From: a virus
Taxonomy: Duplodnaviria; Heunggongvirae; Uroviricota; Caudoviricetes
Length of the DNA stretch: 13,439 nucleotides
Virus record (IMG/VR): IMGVR_UViG_3300029653_000151
Location: 1-13,439 of that record
Direction: 5' to 3' (one strand)
The first letter of the stretch is position 1, and each line of letters opens with the position of its first letter. A model generated the notes under the pieces. It worked only from the letters and a program-made list of their open reading frames with translations, did no database searches and was not told the DNA's origin. Made by a program: the position numbers and the translations under genes. Below are positions 1 through 7,759 of the stretch, piece by piece.

Positions 1-342
1 ATGATGAAAAAAAGTATTCTGGCGTTTCTGTTACTCACCAGTTCTGCAGCTGCGCTGGCGGCACCGCAGGTGATTACCGTCAGCCGTTTTGAAGTGGGTA
101 AAGACAAATGGGCGTTTAATCGCGAAGAGGTGATGCTGACTTGCCGACCAGGTGATGCTTTGTATGTCATTAACCCAAGTACTCTCGTGCAGTATCCTTT
201 AAACGATATCGCACAAAAGGAAGTTGCCAGTGGGAAGACTAAAGCCCAACCCATTTCGGTGATTCAGATTGATGATCCTAACAATCCCGGCGAAAAAATG
301 AGTCTGGCACCGTTTATAGAGCGAGCTGAAAAACTCTGTTAA
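1..342 (+). CDS. yebY: Small secreted/periplasmic protein, 113 aa, with an N-terminal signal peptide ([22 protein letters not shown]); resembles the DUF2511 protein YebY
   Basis: Complete ORF from ATG at 1 to TAA at 340-342; hydrophobic signal-peptide-like N-terminus with an AxA cleavage motif; followed by a strong hairpin terminator. Name is from recalled similarity to E. coli YebY (113 aa), not a search. Confidence 0.6.
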   Translation: MMKKSILAFLLLTSSAAALAAPQVITVSRFEVGKDKWAFNREEVMLTCRPGDALYVINPSTLVQYPLNDIAQKEVASGKTKAQPISVIQIDDPNNPGEKMSLAPFIERAEKLC

Positions 343-372
343 TTACCTAAAATAGCCTTTTGATTTCCAATA

Positions 373-412
373 AAAAACCGCCTCAGTTCTTTCACCAGAA
401 CGGGCGGTTTTT
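373..412. terminator. Bidirectional rho-independent terminator (interrupted stem ccgcc..gttct / agaac..ggcgg, with A-run upstream and T-run downstream)
   Basis: Inverted repeat ccgcctcagttct / agaacgggcgg at about 378-407, flanked by aaaaaa (373-377) and ttttt (408-412), so either strand reads a stem followed by a U-run. Sits 30 bp after the yebY stop. Confidence 0.65.
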
Positions 413-499
413 AACATTTAAGCTGATGACCACCACGCTTTTTATTGACCATTTTGCACGCAAACTGGAAAACCTGGCGTCGTCATCTATTCTTAAAGA

Positions 500-602
500 G
501 CAAGGCAACTAAGCCTGCATTAATGCCAACTTTTAGCGCACGGCTCTCTCCCAAGAGCCATTTCCCTGGACCGAATACAGGAATCGTATTCGGTCTTTTT
601 TT
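500..602 (+). ncRNA. sdsR: SdsR (RyeB)-like small RNA, about 103 nt, ending in an intrinsic terminator
   Basis: Sequence gcaaggcaactaagcctgcattaatgccaactttta...ccaagagcc...ggaccgaatacaggaatcgtattcggtcttttttt matches my recollection of enterobacterial SdsR; a sigma-S-type -10 (ctattct, 486-492) lies 7 nt upstream; a 10-bp perfect hairpin plus T8 run at 569-602 forms the 3' end. No protein-coding signal. Confidence 0.55.
569..602 (+). terminator. Rho-independent terminator (10-bp perfect stem gaccgaatac / gtattcggtc, 7-nt loop, T8 tail)
   Basis: Perfect inverted repeat 569-578 / 586-595 followed by ctttttttt (595-602). Confidence 0.8.
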
Positions 603-733
603 AATTGTATTTAAAATCAATCAGTTGCAAACGTCTTCCCGAAATTCCCCGAAATTTACTCGAATTTCTGTATTCCGGTCTTTTTTGGTTATATCACAAC
701 CAAAATACATTTAACAATCCATTTACGTTAAAA
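603..733. other. Candidate prophage attachment region (attL side), between the sRNA terminator and the integrase stop
   Basis: Integrase 3' end abuts this interval, as attP abuts int in lambda; it holds tandem cgaaatt-type direct repeats (about 640-668) and a partial copy of the SdsR terminator arm (gtattccggtctttttt, 663-679). The exact core cannot be set without the other prophage end. Confidence 0.3.
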
Positions 734-1810
734 TCAGAGTAGTAAGTACGTTTTTTCTCTCTCATCAAGATACATTTTTGTTGTCTTCTCCGATGTGTGG
801 CCAAGTAGACGCTGAGCAAATTCTTCTCCACATGTTTCTTTGTACAATCGTCCAGCCAGACTTCTGATCTCGTGAAAAGTTGGTGGGTTTTCACTGAACT
901 GGATACCTGTTAATTTTCTGGCTGCGACAAATTTTTTTGTCAGGCCATCCGGGTGAATGCTGCCGTCAGGGCTGTTTTTTCTAATCCCGGCACTGATTAG
1001 ATAATCTCCCCGGCTTACCAGGCGGCACTGTTCAACTACTGTACCAAGCCGTAGACCAGCGACAGGAAGGCTGAGTGACAGGGGGATAGCAATCATCATT
1101 CCTGTCTTAATTTGCCTGATGTGGAGACGATCATCATAAATATCACTAAAGCGCATATTCGTTATGTCTTCGCGACGTTGTCCTGTTACAAGGGCTAAAT
1201 CCATAGCTAATGGGAACCATGCCGGAAGTTGATCTGCTGCCTCCCTGATGCAGTTGTATGTCTTTAGTTTCAGTCGTTCTCTTGTAACTACTATTTTCGG
1301 TGCTCTTGTTGGCGTTACTGGATTTTGAGATATACGTCCATCAACAATGGCCTCACGAAACATATCAGACAACACAGAACGCATTGATCCTGCCATTGTG
1401 TTTTTCCCTCCTTCAATCCACAAATCAAGAAACTCGGCAATATGGCGAGTGGTTATTTCTGTCAGTAAAATTTCCCCCAATTTTTCTTTTATTGTCTCCA
1501 GTTGATTTACCCGAATTTTATAAGTATTTCTGGACACTTTTCTCCTTATAAGAATCGTTTTGTAACGTTCAATCCAGTCTGCCATAGTAAATGAGTCGAA
1601 CCCTTTAAGCTTTTCAATTAAGGCAGCAGGAGAGTAGTTTTTGTATATATAATGATTTGCTTCAATTGCCTGCGCTACTGCATCTCTTCTTGAAATTTTA
1701 CCTAGTGTAAATTCTTCTTTCGTCAGAGGGTTGCGCCAGTAATATGCTTTGTCCCTCCTTCGATATGTTAAGTTTTTAGGCAAATTGGGATCGTATTTTT
1801 TCCGCTGCAT
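734..1810 (-). CDS. int: Lambda-family tyrosine integrase (358 aa)
   Basis: Aligns by eye along its length with lambda Int (N-terminal arm-binding region PNLxYRxxxYYxxRxPxTxEEFxLG; C-terminal catalytic region with HxxR and a terminal tyrosine in TTKMYLDE). Start overlaps the excisionase 3' end by 35 nt. Confidence 0.9.
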   Translation of the reverse strand: MQRKKYDPNLPKNLTYRRRDKAYYWRNPLTKEEFTLGKISRRDAVAQAIEANHYIYKNYSPAALIEKLKGFDSFTMADWIERYKTILIRRKVSRNTYKIRVNQLETIKEKLGEILLTEITTRHIAEFLDLWIEGGKNTMAGSMRSVLSDMFREAIVDGRISQNPVTPTRAPKIVVTRERLKLKTYNCIREAADQLPAWFPLAMDLALVTGQRREDITNMRFSDIYDDRLHIRQIKTGMMIAIPLSLSLPVAGLRLGTVVEQCRLVSRGDYLISAGIRKNSPDGSIHPDGLTKKFVAARKLTGIQFSENPPTFHEIRSLAGRLYKETCGEEFAQRLLGHTSEKTTKMYLDEREKTYLLL

Positions 1811-2057
1811 GTTTTAACTTCTCCAGTAACGGACTGTCTCTCCCTTGTCGCCCATTAGGCTGATGGTGTGTTATATCGGTATCAACCTTATTTGGGTTGA
1901 TATAGAAAGCCTCCGGAACCACCCTGTAACTCCTCCCGTGTAGTTCAGGTGCAGGATAAATGTTTCCATTCCTTGCCCATCGTCTCAGCGTTGATATTGA
2001 TGGTGGGTTATCCGGATATCTGAGTTTTCCCCACGTTTTGAGTGTCACAAGATTCAT
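1776..2057 (-). CDS. xis: Excisionase (Xis-like), 93 aa
   Basis: N-terminus MNLVTLKTWGKLRYPDNPPSISTLRRWARNGNIYP resembles lambda Xis; sits directly upstream of and overlapping int. Start set at the second ATG (2057), which has AAGAGG 7 nt upstream; the ATG at 2063 is the alternative. Confidence 0.75.
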   Translation of the reverse strand: MNLVTLKTWGKLRYPDNPPSISTLRRWARNGNIYPAPELHGRSYRVVPEAFYINPNKVDTDITHHQPNGRQGRDSPLLEKLKHAAEKIRSQFA

Positions 2058-2163
2058 TGCCATACCTCTTACGATATGACCGCCAGTAAATATACAGAAT
2101 ACTGGCGGATGTGGTTGATTTTTAATAATCAGCTATGAAGTTCTAATTTGTATATAATGCAAC

Positions 2164-2352
2164 TCACGAGGACAGAAGTTTCTCGCAATTAAAATTTATC
2201 AGCTTTACTTTCTGCTCTCTGGAAACGCCTGCTTCTTTTTTTCCTGAGAGCATTTTTTCGCATTCTGATTTCGTTAATTTAGATTTTGAATATCTTGTCC
2301 AGTTAGTAGGAGTGCCACCTTCCTTTTCAATAGTGGCAGTAATTTTATACAT
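2164..2352 (-). CDS. Small hypothetical protein (62 aa) in the position of Rac ydaC/rcbA
   Basis: ORF with GGAGG 5 nt upstream of the ATG at 2352; occupies the slot between xis and ralR. Identity is by position only; alternative starts at 2364 and 2424. Confidence 0.45.
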   Translation of the reverse strand: MYKITATIEKEGGTPTNWTRYSKSKLTKSECEKMLSGKKEAGVSREQKVKLINFNCEKLLSS

Positions 2353-2539
2353 GAACACCTCCATTATTATTTCCAGTAGTTCGTTTATTCCATCTTTCGA
2401 GTGCTTCTTTTTCACTTCCACCATAGCCAGTTCGGGATTCGCATCCGTTGCATTTTGCCCGGTAATATCCTGAAATTGCTTTCACCGTAACAGATGGACA
2501 ACCACAAAACGGACATGGTTTAACATCGTCATATCTCAT
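2345..2539 (-). CDS. ralR: RalR/Lar restriction-alleviation protein (64 aa), zinc-ribbon (CPFCG..CNGC); reported toxin of the RalR/RalA type I toxin-antitoxin pair
   Basis: MRYDDVKPCPFCGCPSVTVKAISGYYRAKCNGCESRTGYGGSEKEALERWNKRTTGNNNGGVHV matches my recollection of K-12 RalR, including its 64-aa length. In-frame upstream ATGs at 2551 and 2578 are alternatives. Confidence 0.8.
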   Translation of the reverse strand: MRYDDVKPCPFCGCPSVTVKAISGYYRAKCNGCESRTGYGGSEKEALERWNKRTTGNNNGGVHV

Positions 2540-2595
2540 AATTTTTGTCATAAAAACTGTCTCACGTTGGCGGTGCATTACACCGCCAGGCTGAA

Positions 2596-3405
2596 TTATT
2601 CTTCTGAATTATCGATTACACTGTATTCCCCGGTTAATACAGAGGAGTCTGCCGGATCGATTGTCAGTGGTTCCTTTTCATCCATTGATACTGCACGCTG
2701 GATTTCAATTGAGACAGGCAGGTATTTAAACAGGCGACGAATAGCCGTTTTTTTTGCCATTTCTTCCCAGTGAGTTACCCATGGCCCGTTATTACCAGCC
2801 TTACTCTGGCTGCGCACCAGTTCAATCTGTTTGCGCGTCATAACTTCAAACTGAGTCCCTCCGTCTTTCAGTCTTGCGACAGCATAGACGTGGGTCACTG
2901 GTGCATCTTCGTTTTCTCCCGGGCGGTGTATTAACTTTTCATCAAGGCCAAATTCAAAACTAAACTCGTCACCTTCACGGACAACACGGGCTGACAGGCT
3001 GGCGATTTGACCAGAACGGCGAGCCAGATCAATCATGCCGCGATAACCAATGATTAGCTGAACGTTCTTTTTACCGCTCTTTTCGTTTTTATTACCAAAA
3101 GGCAGTAAATATGCGTGGCCGAGGGCGCTACCTGGCTCAAGGCCGAGCTGTGAACACTGAACGATCGCACTGACAAAACTCATGGTGTCACAGTTTCCTA
3201 GCGCCGGAACCTTACGAATTTCTGTGGTGGCGATACGTATCATTCGTTCAGCCGTCATATGGCGTGGGAGAGCTGCTGCCAGTTGCTCTTTCATTGATGG
3301 CTGATTAATAAAGCTGATCACGTCGTTATTTTTTACTGCTGCTGGTGCACGGTTTCCCTGGGTTTTTTGCAGATCGGCTTTTGCGATAGGTGGTTGCTTA
3401 GTCAT
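2596..3405 (-). CDS. recT: RecT single-strand annealing recombinase (269 aa)
   Basis: [36 protein letters not shown]... matches recalled Rac RecT throughout; start chosen at the MTKQ ATG (3405), which overlaps the recE 3' end. Confidence 0.92.
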   Translation of the reverse strand: MTKQPPIAKADLQKTQGNRAPAAVKNNDVISFINQPSMKEQLAAALPRHMTAERMIRIATTEIRKVPALGNCDTMSFVSAIVQCSQLGLEPGSALGHAYLLPFGNKNEKSGKKNVQLIIGYRGMIDLARRSGQIASLSARVVREGDEFSFEFGLDEKLIHRPGENEDAPVTHVYAVARLKDGGTQFEVMTRKQIELVRSQSKAGNNGPWVTHWEEMAKKTAIRRLFKYLPVSIEIQRAVSMDEKEPLTIDPADSSVLTGEYSVIDNSEE

Positions 3406-6074
3406 TTGCATACTCCTTAGCCCAGCGGGGCAGTGATAACGTTTTAATAGCTGGCCATTCATCGGTATTCAGGCAGTCAGCCAGGGTCCTCAGATTGCGG
3501 TGATATTCCTGCTGGCCTGCCAGTTTTGCTTCTTCGCCCATCATGAAAATCTCAACCGGGTAACGTCCGCATTCAACAGTTGTGCTGGCAACCAGAAAAA
3601 CGAAAGTTGGCAGCACACCAAACTGTGCTTCATAACCGTCACTGTAGAATGCATCCTGAACGTGATAGCGGTAGTCGTAATAAGCCGTTTTGAATCGTTG
3701 AATATCCGCTGTGGTTTTCACGTCCATGATCCAGTGAAATTCAGGGATAATTTTGTCCGGACGGCACCGACACAAAATTCCTGTTTCAGGATCTTCCCAG
3801 TAAATTGATGATTCAGCGTGTCCGGCGCTTTCAACAAGCCATTGACCCAGCGGCAAAGCCATAACGCTCTGATACATGAGTTCAATTTTCCGGCCTTCTT
3901 CGGCAGTGATAACCGTTTTTCCTGTGCTTGCGCATTCCATCAGAAACGCTTTCTCCTCTTCTTTTCCGGCGGTTGTACGGCGGTTAAATTCAGGTGCCAC
4001 GATAAAGCGGTTACTGAATTCTTCCGGTTCAAGTACACGGCAGTGGAAAGCGGTTCCTAAATCGAGCGTTTTTGTCTTTGTGGTGTCCACTGGGGGCATT
4101 TTTACGCCACAAATACAGAGCCGGAGTATCAGCAATGTCGTCGAGCTGAGACTTACTGACACCGGGACCCGCGTGGTAATTCTCATTCGAAATTCCGTAA
4201 TAAATACCAGGCTCTATGTCTCCTGCGATTACGGGATCTGCGACTTCGCCAGTTTCATCACTGCAATCGCGATGCGGATCGCTGCCAGCATTCTCATTGT
4301 GCGGATGTTCAGGGCCTTCCATTTCCTCCGGATCTTTTTCCTGAGATTCATCCAGATTTTCTTCATTAAAGGTTTCCTGATATGTGGTGTCGCCCATCAC
4401 CGCGCCACAATCAGGGCAGTTGCCGCCACCGCTCTGACCGCGGGCGGCACAGACTTTTTCCGGTTCCTGTTGCGCTACTGGTTCAGATTGTTTCGTTTCT
4501 GGCTCATTTTTCTGTGCATTTTGGCTGTTTTGTTCCGCTTTCTGGTTGTTTTGTTCCGATTTGGGCTGGTTCTGGTTCACAGAATCTCGGGTTTCAATTC
4601 CCTTAACCCATTTCGGATCATTCGGGTCGCTAATCCCTTCAACAAATTCTCCGCGAGAGGCAGCCAGTAATTTGTCTGCATCGACAGGATTTTTGGGCGG
4701 AATGTTTTTCCGGGCTTCATAGAGTTCTGCCCGCAGTTTCTGATATTTCGCATCAACAGAATTTACCTGTGACTGAGCATCCAGCGGCTGCGTGTCCTGA
4801 TGATGTTCAGTTGCATCCGGTTCCACTGTTTCAGCCGTTGCCTGTTCATCTGCCATTGCGCAAGATGGTTGCAGTTTTTCTTCATCATCCTGTTTTTCTT
4901 CTTCTGTTACACGCTGCGGCATCGGGGCAGAGGAACGACCGCAGGCAATATCCACGATTTCTGGATCAGGGTTGGCATGATCAGTTTCAGTCAGTACTTT
5001 GTTAAGATATTCAGTGACGTGTGCGGGGATAACCTCGATCCCAATTGGTGCTTCTTTTACGGACGCAACCACGATGGCGCGGGAATAATCCAGCCCGCCA
5101 GGCATGGTGATGAATTTGTCGCGGAAAACAGAAAAGGGCGGTTTATTTTCAGCGATAATTTCCTCGACACGTTTAGCGTGTGCCGGATGAAGGTTATAAA
5201 TGTCCACGTCCATTGAACGAGCCAGTACGCCAGTGGCTACGTCGCGCGCCAGTGACGTCAGATCGTGAATGAAACCTTCGCCGCGATCGGTGAGGTTCCC
5301 GCCGCCAGCATTAGCGCCGGAAGCCGTGCGCGTGATGCGTGAAACACGATTTCCTTTCATCCACTCTTTTGTCAGCAGACCGCGATCGGTGTAGTCTGCG
5401 TCCAGGTATGCTTCGAAAAAAGCAGTCATCAGCCCCAGGCTTGAATTGCCTGGATTAGGGAAAACTCTGTCAGTATCACGCACCAGTTTGTGGAGATCGC
5501 GAATTTCCAGCGGGTCGAGCAGGCTGGTTTTGTGGGAAACAGCCAGGGCAGTAACGGCTGGTAGTTCTTCAGCTCGTGCAATGTGTAATGCCTGTAGTTC
5601 GTTGCGTGAAACGTGCGTTACCGGTTTTTCGCTGCCGTGTTGAGCAAGCCAGCGAATGGGCAGCTCCTGACCGGAAATCGGGAGTAGCATATTCTCCTCA
5701 ATCTCCGTCATGTCTTCGCCATTAACATTGGTATTGTCAGTGCTGGCTGGCTTGTCCTGCGCAGAGGATGAGGGCGCGATAAATACCATTGTGATGCCAT
5801 CTTCCCCGCCTTTTTCGTAACGGTTGCAGAATTCCGTATCAAATACGCCTTCTGGTGGAAGGTCATCAACAACGGGCAAATTGACGCGAACAGGTTTTTT
5901 AAAGTCATCTTCATCGTAGCCAGCATCGTCAATCGCAACAGCACCACGGGAGATGGCAATGGATAATTTTTTCGCTTCAGCCCAGTAGAAACCGCCTTTA
6001 ATACCGAGACGTTTTCTTACTTTGTCATTTTTTGCTTCGTAATACAGTGGGTAAACTTGTTTATCGGTGCTCAT
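3398..6074 (-). pseudogene. recE: recE (exonuclease VIII) split by a frameshift into a 681-aa N-terminal ORF (4029-6074) and a C-terminal nuclease-domain ORF (3398-4186)
   Basis: Two minus-strand ORFs in different frames overlap by 158 bp and together read as one RecE. The upstream frame reaches ...[10 protein letters not shown] then runs into nonsense and a stop; the downstream frame continues [19 protein letters not shown]... through the PD-(D/E)xK motif (RPDK...IMDVKT) to ...WAKEYAND. The switch sits at a G5 run (plus 4092-4096). Confidence 0.75.
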
Positions 6075-6143
6075 TGCTTTTTAACCTCAACTCAGATTAA
6101 AATTAATGCGAGTGATGAATAAATGTCCCAGGTTCTTCACTCA

Positions 6144-6174
6144 GGCCTGCACAGTGTGCAGGCTTTCTTTTTTT
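6144..6174 (+). terminator. Plus-strand-oriented intrinsic terminator-like hairpin (gcctgcac agt gtgcaggc, then tttcttttttt)
   Basis: 8-bp perfect stem 6145-6152 / 6156-6163 followed by an 11-nt T-rich run on the plus strand only; no plus-strand gene lies upstream. Confidence 0.5.
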
Positions 6175-6180
6175 CAGATT

Positions 6181-6450
6181 TCACCTTTTAATTTCATTGC
6201 AATCAGAGTTGCCAGAAATTCGGCTTTTTTTTTCTGCGGGCAGATTCTTTCCTATGTGCACCAGACACATTTTTTTAACACCATCGTTAAGTGTTTTAAC
6301 GTTGCCTGATGGACCGTCGATATCAACCACAGTGAATGGGGTTTCTTTATTTTCTGTCTTAATCACGTAGCCAATACGCTTTCCTTCCAGGGTAACTTCG
6401 TGAACAATGTCATCAGTAGTAACAACAGTGGCTTCATAACTGGTAATCAT
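6181..6450 (-). CDS. racC: RacC-like protein (89 aa)
   Basis: MITSYEATVVTTDDIVHEVTLEGKRIGYVIKTENKETPFTVVDIDGPSGNVKTLNDGVKKMCLVHIGKNLPAEKK... matches recalled Rac RacC; AAGGAG 6 nt upstream of the ATG at 6450. Confidence 0.75.
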   Translation of the reverse strand: MITSYEATVVTTDDIVHEVTLEGKRIGYVIKTENKETPFTVVDIDGPSGNVKTLNDGVKKMCLVHIGKNLPAEKKSRISGNSDCNEIKR

Positions 6451-6524
6451 GTTTTTCTCCTTAATTAAGGTTGAGCGAATCCCTGCCATTGCTGGCATAA
6501 ATTCAGTTTCGGATAGTCAGTTAA

Positions 6525-6695
6525 TTAAAGTTCGTGTGCCATCTGGTCTTTTTCGGCACAGATTTCACTACAATATTTTTTCATTTCCGTCGTTGGTATA
6601 ACTCCACGCATGAAATGAAGTGGTCTTGTAATGATTTTGCTTTCTTCAATTTCTTTATTGCAAAGGTGATAAGCACATTTTATTTTCTTAGTCAT
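6525..6695 (-). CDS. ydaE: YdaE-like small cysteine-rich protein (56 aa), below the size cut-off of the supplied ORF track
   Basis: Hand-translated minus strand: [56 protein letters not shown], stop TAA at 6525-6527. Its ATG overlaps the kilR stop (TAATG), indicating translational coupling. Confidence 0.7.
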   Translation of the reverse strand: MTKKIKCAYHLCNKEIEESKIITRPLHFMRGVIPTTEMKKYCSEICAEKDQMAHEL

Positions 6696-6916
6696 TACCA
6701 TGACTCCGCCTTTACAGGTAAACCATCACGACCGAGGAAGACTTTAATCATGCAGTCAGAAATGCATGTTTTTGTAGTCAGGCTACGAATATAAAGTTTT
6801 CGCTTTTTAATATTGTTTGCCGAGGCGATATATGTCCGACCTTCATGAAGAACATAATCGCCAGGGGTCACACACTGACGTGGTATTTCATCAGTTCCGA
6901 AGTGATGAGCAATCAT
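6695..6916 (-). CDS. kilR: KilR cell-division inhibitor (73 aa)
   Basis: [73 protein letters not shown] matches recalled Rac KilR; GGAG 6 nt upstream of the ATG at 6916. Confidence 0.8.
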   Translation of the reverse strand: MIAHHFGTDEIPRQCVTPGDYVLHEGRTYIASANNIKKRKLYIRSLTTKTCISDCMIKVFLGRDGLPVKAESW

Positions 6917-7324
6917 AATTATCTCCATTTTTACAAATGAATTTTGTCGATGCGGTGCCTGGTGCCTCCAGGTGACGTTAACCAGTTAACAATTAACGCC
7001 GGATAATCCACCCATAACACTGATGCTTTTAACTGTGCCGCGTGCGCTTAGCCGCATTCACTGCATCACAAAATTCACTTTAAAAAGGGGCGGCAGGGCA
7101 GCCACGGAGTAGAACTGATGCCGCCAAAGACTACACATAGCAATGTCGTTATTTACAACCGGAGGCGCACTCCCACCATTTAAATTTAACAGACAAGAAC
7201 GACTCTTTATGGATATCGGAAATGCGCCTTCGTGTTGTGCCCGGTTTTATTTCACCACCTCCGGGCTTTGGTGGTTTCTGCTATACCCCTACAGCGAGAA
7301 TATTGAATTAATCCAAATAATGGA

Positions 7325-7477
7325 TTAGCAAGTATTTCTGGCAAGCCAGCGACGTGCGCCAGCTTCGGTTTTAAACGTTTTGCTTTTGGTATACGTCATG
7401 GCGGTGAATGTGCCGTCCTGATTGGGAAACACGCCACATACCAGAGATTCGTTGTTGCCAAGATCGATAGTATCCAT
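7325..7477 (-). CDS. Small Rac-type protein (50 aa), YdaG/YdaF-like
   Basis: MDTIDLGNNESLVCGVFPNQDGTFTAMTYTKSKTFKTEAGARRWLARNTC; GAGG 5 nt upstream of the ATG at 7477; first ORF downstream of the PL-like promoter. I cannot say from memory whether it is ydaF or ydaG. Confidence 0.5.
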   Translation of the reverse strand: MDTIDLGNNESLVCGVFPNQDGTFTAMTYTKSKTFKTEAGARRWLARNTC

Positions 7478-7659
7478 GTTGACCTCATTTCCCCTTAACG
7501 CCGGGTGGCGGAACGTTTTATCTACTGCGCTTTGTATCAATCAACAACTGCCGTCATGTTCGTATGCCTCAGGCTGGCTACTTAGCCCTGTTCAGTGGCT
7601 GGATAACTCGAGGTATTGTCCTGCCGTTCTCTGGTGGGGCGTTGTTTGGATATGCTTAT

Positions 7660-7710
7660 TAAACACAATACGTTTTCTTGTGTCAACACGGAATGTGTTT
7701 TGTGGTGGGT
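7660..7710 (-). promoter_or_regulatory. PL-like leftward early promoter with overlapping operator-like palindromes
   Basis: On the minus strand: -35 TTGACA (plus 7691-7696), 17-nt spacer, -10 TTTAAT (plus 7668-7673). Overlapped by inverted repeats acacaa-N9-ttgtgt (7673-7696) and aacac-N5-gtgtt (7695-7709) that resemble the palindrome between racR and ydaS. Confidence 0.5.
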
Positions 7711-7736
7711 GTCATATGATGATGGTACAAAAAAGC

Positions 7737-7759
7737 CCGCTGATAGCGGGCTGATTGGC
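7737..7759 (-). terminator. Rho-independent terminator downstream of racR
   Basis: Minus strand reads GCCCGC-tatca-GCGGGC followed by TTTTTT (plus: aaaaaa 7737-7742, gcccgc 7743-7748, tgata, gcgggc 7754-7759), 24 bp after the racR stop. Confidence 0.75.

Larger units (their letters stand above)
380..660 (-). ncRNA. ryeA: Possible RyeA/SraC-like antisense sRNA overlapping the SdsR gene (coordinates approximate)
   Basis: Inference only: in enterobacteria the sdsR locus is bidirectional, with a longer antisense RNA on the other strand; the bidirectional terminator at 373-412 could serve as its 3' end. No promoter was confidently identified. Confidence 0.25.

Noticed and set aside
445-714. 89-aa plus-strand ORF spanning the sRNA/att interval
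   Set aside because: No ribosome-binding site, runs straight through a strong intrinsic terminator hairpin, and coincides with the SdsR-like sequence; best read as non-coding.
2567-2773. 68-aa plus-strand ORF overlapping the ralR start and recT end, considered as a possible small protein linked to RalA
   Set aside because: No ribosome-binding site, and it overlaps two well-supported minus-strand genes; any RalA function would be RNA-based, not this ORF.
3500-5216. Several plus-strand ORFs (3500-3808, 3818-4060, 3876-4670, 4382-4606, 4769-5005, 4800-5216) antisense to recE
   Set aside because: Shadow ORFs on the strand opposite a well-supported coding region; odd composition (Phe/Leu/Arg-rich), no start signals.
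6534-6794. 86-aa plus-strand ORF between racC and kilR
   Set aside because: Lies antisense to the hand-identified ydaE gene and the kilR 3' end; the minus-strand genes there have ribosome-binding sites and TAATG coupling.
7422-7754. 110-aa plus-strand ORF across the ydaG-racR interval
   Set aside because: Overlaps the ydaG-like gene start, the PL-like promoter and the racR terminator; no ribosome-binding site; likely spurious.
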